A stretch of DNA of 64,000 bases, taken from NCBI RefSeq assembly GCF_963921235.1, contig NC_086108.1, positions 38,070,001 through 38,134,000 of the forward strand, given 5' to 3'. The position numbers and the translations under genes were made by a program. This DNA comes from Mobula hypostoma (Eukaryota). The notes beneath the pieces were generated by a model. That model was not told the origin of the DNA, did no database searches, and saw nothing but the letters and a program-made list of their open reading frames with translations. Shown here piece after piece: positions 35,701 to 52,755 of this stretch; position 1 is the stretch's first letter; each line of letters opens with the position of its first letter.

Positions 35701-37682
35701 CATAAAAGTCAAAGAGAGGGTATATAATAGTGCAAAAATTAGTGGGTAGTTAGAGGATTGGGAAGCTTTTAAAAACCAACATAAGGCAACAAAAAAGTAT
35801 TTAAGAAGGTAAAAATGGAATATGAAAGTAAGCTAACCAGTAATATTAAAGGGATACTATAAGTTTCTTCAGATACATAAAGTGTAAAAGAGAGGTTGAG
35901 TGCATAAGAGACCACTGGAAAATGATGCTGCAGAGGTAGTAATGGGGCACAAGGAAATAGCAGATGAACTGTATAAGTATTTCGCATCAGTCTTCTCTGT
36001 GGAAGACACTAATAGTTTGGTGGAAGTTCCAGGTATCAAAGGTTATGAGGTGTGTGAAGTTACCATGACTAGGGAGAAGGTTCTTGGGAAACTGAAAGGT
36101 CTGAAGGTAGATAAATTGCCTGGACCAGATGGTGTAAACCCCAAGGTTCTGAAAGAGGTGGCTGAAGAGATTGTGGAGGCATTAGTAATGACCTTCTAAG
36201 AGTCACTAGATTTCAGAATGGTTCTGAAAGACTGGAAAATTGCAAATGTCACTCCACTCTTCAAAAAGGGATAGAGGCAGAAGAAAGGAAACTATAGGTC
36301 AGTTAGTCTGAACTCAGTGGTTCAGAAGACGGTGGAGTTGATTATTAAGGATGTGGGCTCAGGGTACTTGGAGGCACACAATAAAATAGGTGATAGTCAA
36401 CATGGAAGGGAAAATCTTGTCTGACAAGTTGGTTGGAATTCTACTAAGAAATAACATGCAGGATAGACAAAGGAGAATCGGTTGATGTTATTGATTTGGA
36501 TTTTCAGAAGACCTTTCACAAGGTGCCACACATGAGGCTACTTAACAAGCTATGAGCCTATGGGATTACAGGAAAGGTTCTAGCATAGATAAAGAAGCGG
36601 CTGATTAGCAGGAGGCAAAGAGTGGGAATACGGGGAGTCTTTTCCTGGTTGGCTGCCATTGACTAGTCCTGCTCCACAGGGGTCTGTGTTTGGACCTACT
36701 CTTTTTACGTTATATGTCAATGATTTGGATGATGGAATTGATGGCTTTGTTGCAAAGTTTGCAGACGATGTGATGATAGGTGGAGGGGCAGATTGTTTTA
36801 AGGACGTTGAAAGACTACAGGACTTAGACAAAATAGGAGAATGGGCAAAGAAATGGCAGATGGCATACCGTGTCGGGAAGTGTATGGTCAGGTACTTTGG
36901 TAGAAGAAATGAAAGAGTTGATTATTTGCTAAGTGAAGAGAAAACACAAAAAAATGAGGTGCAAATGGACTTGAAAGTCATTGTGCAAGATTCCCTATCG
37001 GTTAAATTGCAGGTTGAGTCTGTGTTGACGAAGGCAAATGCAATGCTAGCATTCATTTCAAAAGGATTAGAATATAGAAACAAGGATGGGATTTTGAGAA
37101 TTTATGAAGCACTAGTAAAAGCTCACTTGGAGAATTGTGAGTAATTTTGGGCCTTTTACCTTAGAAAGGATGTGCTGAAAAAGGAGGGGGTTCAAAGGGG
37201 ATTTATGAAAATGATTTCTGGGTTGAATAGTTTGTCAGGTGAAGAGTGTTTGATGGCTCTGGGCCTGTATTCACTAGAATTCAGAAGAATGGTAGGGGGA
37301 GACCTCATTGAAACTTATGAAATCATGAAAGGTCTCAATAGAGTGGATCTGGAGAGGATGTTCCCTATGATGGGAGAGTCTAAGACCAGAGGACAAAGCC
37401 TCAGAATAGAGAGGTGTCCTTTTCGACTTGAGATGAGGAGGAATTTCTTTAGCCAGAGAGTGGTGAATTCGTGGAATTCTTTGCCAGAGGCAGCTGTCGA
37501 GATCAAGTCTGTATGTATATTTAAGGCAGAGACTGATAGATTCTTGATTGGTCAGAGCATATGGGGAGAAGGCAGGAGATTGGGGCTGAGAGGAAATTTG
37601 GATCAGCCAAGATGAAATGGTGGACAGACTTGATGGGCCAAATGGCCTAATTCTGCTCCTTTATCTTATGGTCCTATGGTGT
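32720..37682 (+). mobile_element. Degraded CR1 sequence (ORF1 esterase about 32830-33600; ORF2 about 34640-37680), interrupted by a Rex1 LINE; possibly two subfamilies
   Basis: Esterase motifs (gtcataggggatacgatagttagg; gggacagtttgcacctgaac), APE and RT pieces (KFADDV at about 36760), tail cttatggtcctatgg. Confidence 0.85.
33612..34630 (+). mobile_element. Rex1/Babar LINE, 5'-truncated
   Basis: ILNFLSDRRQVVRV, TGAPQGCVLSPFLYSLYTHDC, KFADDSTLIGLI; tail (TCAAT)n. Confidence 0.9.
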
Positions 37683-38208
37683 AAGTAATGACAGCAATTG
37701 CAAAGGACCGTGAAACTTGTTTAAATGGGCACTTTCATCAATATGGACTATTTGGGCAAAATGGTCTGTTTTGTGCTGCATGGCTCTGTTAAGGCAGCAA
37801 GTAAGAGATGTCTCAGTGTTCACCGTATTAACTCCGGGTGATACCAGCAACAGGTAGTAATTTAATGAAAGATACTTTATTCGTGAAATGGTTTAGAGAC
37901 AGGTGGCATGCTTATAGTTACTTTCTCTCTAACACATCTTTTCCTACAGAGCCTTTTGTTCCCAAACACTGTCCCAATAAAAGCCTGCATTTAGATGCAT
38001 GAGCACTAAAGGGATAACGTGATTGTAGGAACATAGATTCTTCATGGACTGGTATTACATAAAAAAACATATTGTGTCCCTACTTAATAGAAGATGAAAG
38101 ACAGTCCAAACAATGTTTGGGTTAATGGTCCATCCTTCCCAAACCAATCCAAACTGGTTGTAGTTCATCAGAGGCCTATTATTGATCTGTAATGTTTTCT
38201 CTCTAGAG

Positions 38209-38289
38209 CAGAGGTTCCCAACCTGGGGTCTACGGTGTGCTTGGTTAACGGAAGCGGTCCATGGCATAATAAAAAGTTGGGAACCCCTG
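38209..38289. mobile_element. hAT-type MITE (81 bp)
   Basis: TIRs CAGAGGTTCCCAAC / GTTGGGAACCCCTG; perfect 8-bp TSD CTCTAGAG. Confidence 0.9.
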
Positions 38290-38329
38290 CTCTAGAGGTA
38301 GTAAAACATCCCCATATAAGTTTCCTTTA

Positions 38330-41500
<3,171 letters not shown>

Positions 41501-43729
41501 TGGCTATTCCTTCCACAGTTGTGATTTTGTTTGGCACCAGGTACATACTTTTCAACTGGAGTTATCTGCTGCAGTATTTATTCCATTAAGAACAGATCAA
41601 AGTAATTTCCTACTCCTGGTTGCAGGTAATGAACAATAACTACCAAATGATACATTTTTGGGCAGGTTGCAATATGGTTATAATACATTTATAAGCATGC
41701 TCCATTAACCTCACTTACGAGTTTTATATTACACAACAACTGTCTTCCATTTAACCAATGAGTTACAATCAAATCTTTATTACCAGCAGTCTGCTACGGC
41801 CAGCTCAAAGTACAGTGTGAACAGTTCCTATTACCATCTCCATTTTTTAGATAAGTTACATCCCTGGAAATCCAACATCTTGGGCAACTTTACTTGTTTC
41901 AATGTTTGTCCTTCCAACTGAATCACTTAATTCATTATCTCAATGAATGATTAAGCCCAACTTCAGGTATTCCAAATCAGGAATGGCATCTACATTTCAG
42001 AATTTCATCAGCTACCAGATGTCCACTCAGTATCGCTTTATAACCTGTGAAAGTGGTTCAAAAGTACAACCATCAATACAGATACAACAGAGCTTACTGT
42101 TGTTTTATTTCCCCCACAAGTAGCCTTTCTGTGTGGAAACTCATCCCCAAATAGTGCTATATTGTTCTGTGTTTCTTTTAATCCTGCCATATAATACAAT
42201 CCATTAGCTAACAGCATTAAAGGAACCACAGAAAAATATAGCACATGAAGCATATATTATGAAAGGTACTGTATAAATTAAATGATTTGTTTTCTTTTGA
42301 ACTGCTAGACTAATAACATGAGCCTTTTTAAAGTTGCACCAAAACACGAGTCTCACATCACAGTAGCAATTATTAATGTCACCATGAAATCAGACTGTAA
42401 AACAAAATTTGAGCTAAGATATTTAAAAAAATTTTCATCCTTGAGGCAGAAAAAGAGTGGGTGGTTCCCTTCAGACTGAGTTGTTTTTTTCACTATACAC
42501 AGTGGCTCAGTCTGTTCCCGATGTGTGGTATCTGCTTTTTGTCTTGTAGGAACTCCAGCGCCAACGATGATGGCATATTTCTTATATTTTGTAGTACTAG
42601 GAATATCGTATAGACTGATAGCCTTTTAATATTTCCCAAGGCTCATGAAAGGGTCAAAGCAGTCAATACCCTCTGCCAAAAATAAATGGCTCACTGAAAA
42701 ACAATAACATTTCCTGACTATTTTGTGCAGACAGCATAAATTATTTTCAAATTTCAGACAGTAATAATCAGCTTGTGTAGTTAAATGCAAGCCAGAGAAA
42801 GAAAGAATAGAGAGCCACATTAGATTTGTCTGTAAGCTTTCAAAAAATCGGTGAAATCTGACCTTATCTGAAAAGTAATCAAAACTATGAGCAAGCTAAT
42901 GGATGGAAACTAATTTGTTACATGTATGAATGTCAGCCCATTTGTACAGAAAGTCTGTGAGAACTTATGTTTCCAATCAGCACTGTCCCTTCTAAGCTGC
43001 ACAGGTGTGTGACCGTGCAGTAACTGAATCACACTTAGTCTTTGTTGCCATGCAGCTGCAATTTTCCTTTAAATAATGTTAACATAATTTTGAAATCTAG
43101 GTTAATATAATTCTGAAATACCCTGTAATTAATTATGATAATGAATATAATCCATTCATTTTCTAAATAATAAATGTACCACAAAGTTTACTTTGAAATA
43201 TTTTAGAGCTTCAGTGTGTTTACATTGTCAAGGTTTCAAGTTACAACTTATAAAAGTAATTATACTATGGAAGTCGGTAGTTCATTGTTAATGAACTGCC
43301 AGCCTGCTGAACACCAATGCCATCTAATCAAAATATTTTACTTTTACCATTGTGCCTGTCAGCTGTTTTGGCTTGGGTTCAAAATTGTGGTTTCCCTTCC
43401 TTTGATGTGAAAACTTCTAAGTTCTGACTTTTTGGTAATAATCTTTCAAAACAATCATAATCTACAAAGAATTTTTAAATAAAAAATTGTTAGAACAAGG
43501 TAAAAATCTGATACTGTAAAATTGCGTGACTGCGGTTATTTTATTAAAATTATAAATTTTTAATTTGTTAAATTTTTATATTTAAAAATAATTAAACAAT
43601 AATGAAATAATTATTATTATGTTTAGTATTCATAAATAATATTATTTTTAATATCCTAAGGATGTCAAAATAGAAAGCAGAAAACTTAAATGCTTTGAAG
43701 TATAAAATTTGTACAAAGTACAAGGTTTG

Positions 43730-45265
43730 TACTGAAGAAAGTAGCTGGAGAGATTGCAGAGGCATTCATGATGATCTTTCAAGAATCAATAGATTCTGGC
43801 ATTTTACAGGATGACTGCAAAATTGTAAATGTTACTCCACTATTTAAGAAGGGTGGGAGGCAGCAGAAAGGAAACTATAGACCTGTTAGCCTGACATCAG
43901 TGGTTGGGACGTTGTTGGAATTGAGTGTTAGGGATGAGATTACGGAGTACCTGGAGGCACATGTCAAGATAGGCCAAAGACAGCATGGTCTCCTGCAAGG
44001 AAAATCCTGCCTGTCAAATCTACTGCAGTTCTTTGAGGAAATTACAAACAGGGTAGACAAAGGAAATGTAGTAGACGTGAGGTACTTGGATTTTCAAAAG
44101 GCCTTTAACAAGGTGCTGCACATAAGGCTACTTAGCAAGGTAATAGCCCATGGATTTACAGGGAAGTTACTTGCATGGTTGGAGCATTGGCTGGTCCACA
44201 GAAAACAGAGAGTGAGAAATAAGGGATCCTATTCTGGCTGGCTGCAGCTTACCAGTGGAATTTCACAGGGGTCGCTGTTGGGACCGCTGCTTTTTATGAT
44301 GTATGTCAATGATTTGGACCATGCTATTAATGGATTTGTGGCTAAATTTGATGATGATACAAAGATAGGTGGAGGAGCGATTAGTGTTGAGGAGACAGAA
44401 AGACTTTGATAGTTTAGGGGAATGGGCAAAGAAGTGGCAAATGAAATACTATGTTGGAAAGTGTATAGTCATGCACTTTGGTGGAAGAAATAAACGGGCA
44501 GACTGTTATTTAGATGGAGAGAGAATTCAAAATGCAGAGATGCAAAGGGACTTGGGAGTCCTTGTGCAAGATACCCTAAGGGTTAACCTCCAGGTTGAAT
44601 TGGTTATGAAGAAGGCAAGTGCAATGTTGGCATTCATTTCTAAAGGTATAGAATACAAGAGCAGGGATGTGATGTTGAGGCTCTATAAGGCACTCATGAG
44701 ACCCCACTTGGAGTATTGTGTGCAGTTTTGGGCTCCTTATTTTAGAAAGGATATACTGACATAAGAGAGGGTTCAGAGAAGATTCACAAGAATGATTCCA
44801 GGACTAAAAGGGTTACCGTATGAGGAAAGTCTAGCAGCTCTTGGGCTGCATTCCCTGGAGTTCAGGAGAATGAGGGGGGATCTCATAGGAACATTTTGAA
44901 TGTTAAAAGGCCTGAACAGATTAGATATGGCAAAGTTATTTCCCATGGTAGGGGATTCTAGGACAAGAGGGCATGACTTCAGGATTGAAGGACATCCATT
45001 TAGAACTCGGATGTGGAGAAATTACTTTAGGCAGAGGGTGGTAAATCCATGGAATTTGTTGCCATGAGCAGCTGTGGAGGCCAAATCATCGGGTGTATTT
45101 CAGGCAGAGATAGTTATGTTCTTGATTAGCCAGGGCATCAAAGGGTACAGGGTGAAGGCAGGGGAATGGGGGTGACTGGAACAATTAGATAAGCGCATGA
45201 TTGAATGGCAGAGCATATTTGATGGGATAAATGGCCTACTTCTGCTCCTATATCTTATAGTCTAA
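43730..45265 (+). mobile_element. CR1 LINE, 5'-truncated, degraded
   Basis: RT ORF pieces 43768-44409 and 44369-44764; CR1 3' UTR ...atggcctacttctgctcctatatcttat. Confidence 0.9.
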
Positions 45266-45289
45266 TTTATGAGAGAATGATTTTTGCAA

Positions 45290-47661
45290 CTAATACTGAA
45301 CTACCGTCTTGGCATCAAAAACCAAAAATTAAAGTTGGTGATTTTTTTCCATATCAAGGTCATTTGTGCAGAAGGAAAATTTGGAGGTGAGTTCAATGGT
45401 GAAAATATGGGAAGAATGGAAGTTAGATTACTTAAAACGATGTCTTAACCAGAGAATTCATAAAGATGCAGTTTCCAAATTATGCAACCAGACAAAATGT
45501 GGAATTTTGCACATGTTAACTGAAACTCCACTTCTAGTGCTGACTGCAAACCTAGATTCCGATTTATGAATTCAATCAAATCTAAATCCAAAAATAGACT
45601 AGAAGAGGAACACTTGGATGATCTAATGAAGATTAAGACATATCCTTCATCTGGTGAAGCAAGAGAGAAAATGATGCACAAAAGAGTCTAACTCTGATAT
45701 TGTCAAAATGGTAATTGATAACATTATGTTAGCAATTAAAATTAATTATTTTTATGCATTCTGTGCAAGGAAACCATGCAAACATGGCCAAATATGTAAA
45801 TATACCAGAGAGTTGGTACAGCAAGAACTATGTATTTGAATTTGTTGAGTGCATCAGCTTTGTGTTTCAGAAACAGATAATGGCAGAATTGCGGAATCTT
45901 CTTTCCACACACGAATTACTAATGAAAGTACAGACATTTCTGTACAGACAATGTTAATTTTTTATTTTAAGTTTTAACAGTAAAATGAAACATCCTATGA
46001 AACTTGTGTTTGTGGATGTTTTGACACTGCACATGACAATATCACTATTGTTGAAGCAATAAAAACATTTTATCTGAACAACAATTTTGATATTCAAAAA
46101 ATGGTGATGTTTACATCAGACGCAGCAAATGCTATGCTTGGAAAGAATAATAGAATGGCAGCAATTTTGCAATGAGAAATAAAGCATCAGCCTGAACAAC
46201 ATTGCATTGCACACAGAGAAGATCTGGGATTAGACAACACATGGAAAACAGTATAAATAATGCAGGATTATAGTATACAATGTTCAGCAGGTCATCAGTT
46301 TAAAAAGGATAGCTAGAAGAGTTAGCTAATGTCACAGAATGTGATGTTGTGTCATTTAGACCACTAAACGAAGTAAGGTGGCTGTCAAAACATTTTGTCG
46401 TTACTGCTTTAGTGAGGAATTACAAAGTTTTAACCCAGTTTCGTAAAGAGCAAGTTAATGAATGTAATGATCCAATCAGCAACCACTGCTTGAGGATTTT
46501 GACAAATCTTCTATGTTAAGTAGCATTAACTATCCTCAATGATATTTTAGGAGATCTGGCATTGCTTTGTAAATTCCTTCAGAAAAGCTGTTGGAATACA
46601 ATTGAAGCACTGCGATATGTAAAAGCAAAAATTAACAAATTACAAGCAATACACATCAAAGTTGCTGGTGAACGCAGCAGGCCAGGCAGCATCTCTAGGA
46701 AGAGGTACAGTCGACGTTTCAGAGGGGTTTCGGCCTGAAACGTCGACTGTACCTCTTCCTAGAGATGCTGCCTGGCCTGCTGCGTTCACCAGCCACTTTG
46801 ATGTGTGTGCTTGAATTAACAAATTACAGTCACACTATCTTGGCTATACCATTTATTAGGGTGACAAGGTGAAAGATCTGCTTGCATGTATAAGTTCTGA
46901 TGTCAATATTATTCAATTCATTCAAAGGTGTGTGCAATCACGTGGATAATAGATTTCCTAATAATCATCGAAGAGAAAGGCAAGCTTTTGACACAGTTGC
47001 CATTGCAAATGTGCCCAATTTTGAATTTGGAAAAGAGAATGTTGTACAACTGAGAAAAAATACTCAGCTACTATTACGAACTATGATGAAAGCTTTGCCT
47101 CAAGAATATCGCAGCAACGTTGTGATTTCAAATTTATCAATTCTGAGAAATTTAAGACTGCTTCAGTTAAGATGTTCACTGATACATTAAACTACATGCT
47201 GAAATGAAAATTTTAAGAACTGTCAATTCTTGTTGATATCGCTGAAACATTCCAAGCTTCTCGTGCTGACTGCAAACCTGGATTCAGTCTTATGAATTCA
47301 ATCAAATGTAATTCCAGAAATAGACTAGAAGTGGAACACTTGGATGATCTAATGAGGATTAAGACACATCTTTCATCTGGATACTTAATTAATCTGGAAA
47401 CTCTTTATAGACAATAGTTTTGTAATAAAGACAGACGAGCAAAAGTTTACAAAAGGTGAAAGATTTTCTCCTACTATACTTCATTATATCCTTCAATTAA
47501 TAAATTTAAAGTATTTTTAAATTTTCACTCTAAATATTCACAGTATGCATATTACAAACAAAACATTTAAAGTGCTGTGCAGTTTTCAGGCCATGTAAAA
47601 ATTTCCTGCTCAGAGCAATGGTTGGTCCTCACAGCTGTAAAAATAAATTAGAGGGAATATT
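45290..47661 (+). mobile_element. hAT DNA transposon remnant (ZNF862/Tip100-like transposase)
   Basis: Translatable motifs FTSDAANAMLGKNN, HCIAHREDL, VRWLS and dimerisation domain ASRADCKPGFSLMNSIKCNSRNRLEVEHLDDLMRIK; terminal ttagagggaatattg. Confidence 0.8.
46645..46813. mobile_element. 169-bp palindromic insertion derived from Penelope-like termini
   Basis: About 70-bp near-perfect inverted arms; 15-bp TSD AATTAACAAATTACA (46630-46644, 46814-46828). Confidence 0.88.
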
Positions 47662-47769
47662 GCCAACTGGTTTACTAAGTTATTCGAAATGGCAAAATAT
47701 GTTGATATACTTCGTATATAATTCGTACACCCTAATGATTATTAACCTATTAATATGCCTGACAGCTGT

Positions 47770-50330
47770 TGGAAGATAAAAAGAACGGGAATCTGGAAGC
47801 CACCAAAAAAGAGCTGGAGCAGTACGTCAGGGGCCAGTTCAGTGATCCAGCCAGGAAAACTCCTCTTGGATTACCAGTGTATCTCCTCCAAAGGTCCAGT
47901 TTGACTCCTCTTCCACCACCCCCCAACCCCCACCAAGCAAAGTGAGGTCAGAGATGTCATCAAAAAGGCAAGGTCAGTGTCAGCACCAGGTCTCAGCTGA
48001 ATTCCTTACAATCTCTACAAAAATTGCCCTCATGCGCTAAAGATCATGTGGAACCTAATGAGAACTGCCTGGAAAAGCCAGCACATCCCATCAGAGTGGT
48101 AAAGAACTGTGGCAGTGTTCATCCCCAAAGAGCAGAACCTCAGTTCCATCAACTGGTTCAAGAGCTTCAAGAGGAAAATTGTCTTCTCTGTCATGGCTAA
48201 CAGGATGACCAATTTCCTCATGGGCAATGGATACAGTGACATCAGCTGTCAGAAGGCAGGAGTTCCAGGTGTCCCAGGATGTGTGAAGCATGCATCATTG
48301 ATATAGGACCAGATCCTACGAACCAAGCATGAGAAAGGTGACCTACACATCATGTGGCTAGATCTTGCGAATGCCTGTGGATCTGTGCTTCACCAACTTT
48401 GCGATCGAGTTCATTTATATTCCCGACTGCATTAGCGGCCTGGTTTCCGATTACTTCAGTGACCTCCAGATGGGCTTCTCTTTCCGAGACTTTACAATGG
48501 GGTGGCAGCATCTTGTGCCATCTCTGCCATCCTGTTTGTGGCAGTCTTCGAGATAATCATTGTTGGAGCAAAGCAGGTGATTGGAGGGATAAAGCTACAG
48601 TCCGGACAGAGGCTCACTCCACTGAGAAGCTGCATGGATGATGTCACAAGCATCCCTCAGACGTCTGCACACACAAGAAGACTGCAGAAGAGGTTGGACG
48701 AGCTAGTGACATGGGCAAAGATGAAGATCAAGCCCTCCAAGTCACGAAGCCTATCCTTCTGATAAGGGGTCAGAAGCAACAACATCACCTTTGATGTAGG
48801 GGGTGAGAAAATCTCATTGTTGGTCAGGCACCCCAACCAAAGCCTTGGGAGGCAATACACTGCAGAGCTCTCTGACAGGCAGATGGGAAAAGTAGCACAG
48901 AAACAGCTCGCAGAGGGTGATGTAGCCTTCGAAAATGTATAAAATGACCCTCATCAACAGCCAGCAGGATGGATGGGACAGCTAACTCAAACACCCAGGA
49001 ACGGCAGGGGCTGCCACACTGTTTCTCGGACACTGGCCTCTTTGGGAAGAACATGTTGCAGCTGCCACTGAGATTCATCAGCCTGGGGTACAAGCGGCAG
49101 AAAACCCGATTGGTCATTGAGCTGAAGGAGTCCATCACCCTCTGGAGAGGAGTCCCAATGCCTCAATCCATACCGGCCGTAAATGGAGAGCTCAAGCTGA
49201 AGTAGACCAGGCCATCAGCAGGCTGCAACACCAAGAGTTTGTCAGCAGCGTCGAGGCTGGGCATGCAGGACTTGGCTGGGGGAAGGCAGCACATTTCTGA
49301 TCAAAGGCGTTGAAGAAAGAGAGGAAAGCCATGGAAGTGAAGGAGGTGATAAGGACAGAGGAGAAGCGCGACAGGATGAAGACAGTGGCACAGGGCTGAC
49401 TGGAAAGGTGGGCAACATGAGATGGCACTATCAACAGGTCATTCAGCTGGCTTGACCTGTGAAAATTCCACAAGCCAGACTTGGCTTCCTCATCAGGGCA
49501 ACCTATGACACCTTACCCTGTCCCTGAAACCTTCACCAGTGGTTTGGTAGTGAGGAAAGCTGCCCTCTGTGTGATACCACCAATGTCAACCTCCAACACA
49601 TTCAGGCAAAACACAAGACTGCACTGTCCCAAGGACGCTACAGATAGTGGCACGACCAGGTGAAATTTTCCTAGAGACCTGCAGGTGGGATGTGAGAAGC
49701 AGCATTTCCCTAATGGGATGACAACTCACCCCATTTGTTAAGGCTGTTAAAAGCTCTGAATGCATCCGCCCAAGACAGGACTCCTCTCCACAGGCAGGGA
49801 GTGGAGTGGAACATGAGGACAGATCTCGGCAGACAGCTACAGTTCCCCACATAAATCACCACCACATCTCTCTGCCCAGACATAGTATTGTGGTCCATAG
49901 CTGCCACGACAGCCATCCTCACTGAGTTAACCATCCCATGGAAGGAAGGTGTGGAGGCTGCCCACCAGTGGAAGAGGTTGAAGTAGTCAGGCCTGGCAGC
50001 TGAATGTAAGGAAGCTGGCTGGCGGGAGGACCATCATCTATCCTAGCTGAGGAGGCAGGAAAGGGCAGTTTTTGGCAGTAACTGAGGAGGAAGGACAGAA
50101 ATTGGGGGACGACTAACCCAACTGCAAGCTGCAGGGGGTGTCAGGGTGACATCCCTGCTATTGCTCCATCACCAGGGGATGTACCAGGGCTAAGGGAGTG
50201 AAACACCAATGAATGTGGTCTCCGGCTGACGACCCTGCAGCTCACATCTGGGCACTGTTGGAGGTGTATCAGGCAGCAATGTCAAGCAGGAAACAAGATC
50301 TTCCTGTAAATTTCATTATCTTTGATAGTC
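47770..50330 (+). mobile_element. HERO/NeSL-type (R2 superfamily) non-LTR retrotransposon with restriction-like endonuclease, degraded
   Basis: QKAGVPGVPGCVKH, WLDLANA, SCMDDVT, WAKMKIKPSKSRSLS, CPLC zinc knuckle, WHDQV, PDIVLWS, ELTIPW. Confidence 0.85.
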
Positions 50331-50499
50331 TCTTTACTATCAAAGCAGGATTATCAACAAGTGTAATGAGAGAAAAGCTATTTTGCCTGTTGCTCAATTT
50401 TCTAATCCAAGTCTAGCCTCAGAACCCCAGAAAAAAATTAGCATTATTTCTAGTGATTGTTTTCTTATCAAGTTATCTGTACCAATGGTCATTTCTTAC

Positions 50500-50548
50500 C
50501 TGTAAACTCCATAAGGGAAGACTTCTTTCTACCCAGATTATAGGAGAC
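50500..50548 (-). CDS. KCNT2: Internal coding exon (49 bp) of KCNT2
   Basis: gatttaccatcag|G TCT CCT ATA ATC TGG GTA GAA AGA AGT CTT CCC TTA TGG AGT TTA CAG|gtaaga gives SPIIWVERSLPLWSLQ. Compare KCNT2 SHIFWVNRSLPLWGLQ; RSLPLW favours KCNT2 over KCNT1. Confidence 0.92.
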
Positions 50549-51319
50549 CTGATGGTAAATCAAATTGGTAACTTTGGTTAGTTTGTATTTCAATTATGTT
50601 TCAGGCAATGCTCATATTAGCTTACTTTCAGCTCATAATATGCAAGGTACTTAAGGAAAATGACGTACAATATACCAGTAAAATTACTAAAATTGTCATC
50701 TCAGAAATAAAAGTATAACTTGACACGCTTAGTCAAAATAAACTCATGAACCTAACTTCAAATTGATAAACATTATGCATTTCAACCTACCATATAATGT
50801 TTAAAGTCCATAAATTTCATGTTATAATGATTTAGGTGTTTGTCTGGCAGTACCACTGACTGTTCCTTGTTCAGGTAAGGGAGAAAGGGTGAGGGTTGTT
50901 TAGGTGACGGGAAAAGGGACTGAGTCCTGGAACTCAAGCATTTGATGATAAAAGCAGAAAATGGTGAAAACACTCATCAGGTCAGGCTGTTTTTGAGGAA
51001 AAAGAAACAGAGTTAATGTTTCAGGTGAGGTACTTCTCTACTTCTCCTTCCCCAGATACTTCCTAACATGCCAAGTGTTTCATATATTTCTGTTTTTATT
51101 TCAATCTTTTAACATCTGCATTTTATTTAATACAGGTGGTAAGTCAGTCAGCACCTCAGAATGGTGTATTCTACATGCAAGATGGAAAGTCAGTCCATAA
51201 GGAGAGATCTGTCTGCAACACCTTCAGTTTGGGCATCAGTACTTCCAAGCTGCGGAGGATCTAGTCCAGATAGCGGGGTGTAATTCTCACTATCTACCCT
51301 CATTCCTGCCCCCCCCACA

Positions 51320-51321
51320 TA

Positions 51322-51372
<51 letters not shown>
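51320..51372. repeat. (CA)n microsatellite
   Basis: Directly visible. Confidence 0.95.
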
Positions 51373-51373
<1 letters not shown>

Positions 51374-52059
51374 ACCTCATCTTTAAAATGACATTTGTGA
51401 TGTAAGTGGGTAAGCTTAAGATACGATGGCAGAAAAAAAAATCAATGACCTCTCTAAAGTGACCAAAGCAAAAACTTCTCTTTTAATGATCTTTCCAGAT
51501 TGTCAGCATCACTACTGATAGTACTAATTTCCCAAGGCTCCTAGCATGATGAAGTACTGACTGCAAGATTGCAGCATCTCTGGTGTGGAGTATTGTTTTT
51601 AGCTCTGACTTTGACTGATTAACAATAAAGAAATGGTGATATACATTTCTCAGATCAGTGTGTGATGGCACTTGGAAAACAACTGGCTAATCGTGCACCT
51701 AGTTGAACCCAGGGTATCAAGGGTACAGGTTTGATAAGTGCTGTCAGCAAGAGTAGCACTTCATTTTGTATGTAGTGCAGCCACAAGTAGACATCAAAAG
51801 TGCCAATCAACATGTACTTCAAAGGACACAAGCAATCATGTGTCCATGGGATCCAAGGCAAGTTGACAAATTGGATGCCAAAACTGATGAGGTAGATTAC
51901 AAGGTCAAAAGAGTCTATTTTATCATACTAGGGGACTGTTCAATAGTCATAAAAGCAGGATAGAAGCGGTCCTGGAGCCTGGTGGTCTCTGTACATATGG
52001 AGGCAGAGTGATGGTTGATATTTCAGGTAGAGCCCCTGCATCAATATTTCATGGAGAGG

Positions 52060-52755
52060 AGGACAGTCTTAAGCTATTGGATGATACTAGTTAGCTGGTA
52101 AAACAGGCGGAGCAATGCAGATTGAATTTAATCCTCTGAGTGCAAGATGATGCACATTGCAAGAACCACTATGAGTAGAATATATACCATGACTGGTAAA
52201 GTCCTAGAAGGTATTGAGGAATAGAGGACTCTCAGCATACATGAATAAAGATTCAGAAAGATGACAGTGCAAATAGCTAAGATGATGAAGAAACCAGATA
52301 GGATATTAATCTTCATTAGCCGGAAAATAGGATTTAGGAGCAAAGAGATTATGGAACAATGTTATAAGACATTAGTTAGGTCACAGTTGGAGTGGTGTGT
52401 GCGGTTCTGGCCACTATACTGTAAGGAATATATGGATGGACTAGAGAGTGTGCAAAGAATAGTCATTAGGATATTACCTGCGATGGAGTGTCTTGTTTAT
52501 GAGGAGAGACAGGATAGACTGGGCTTGTTTTCCTTGGGGTAGAAAAAGCTGAAGGAAGGACTGATAGAGATACATGAAATTATGAGGGGCACAAAAAGGC
52601 TAGAAAGTTGAAAATTTTCCCCGAGATGGAGGTGTCAAAAATAAACAGAATAGGTTTAGAGAAGGGGATAAGACATTGAGGGGGTTCTGACAAAGAACAT
52701 TATTCATCTAGAGGGCATTGCACTACCTAACTGGGTGGTGAAAGTGGACATTCTT
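52060..52755 (+). mobile_element. Old CR1 3' fragment; resumes at about 57000-57110 after the L1 insertion
   Basis: ORF 52261-52542 (FISRKIGFRSKEIMEQCYKTLVRSQLEWCVRFW). Confidence 0.75.

Noticed and set aside
41895..42046. Possible minus-strand exon (tttcacag acceptor near 42047)
   Set aside because: Stops in all three frames, weak donor and no KCNT similarity; the flanking exons already join in frame without it.
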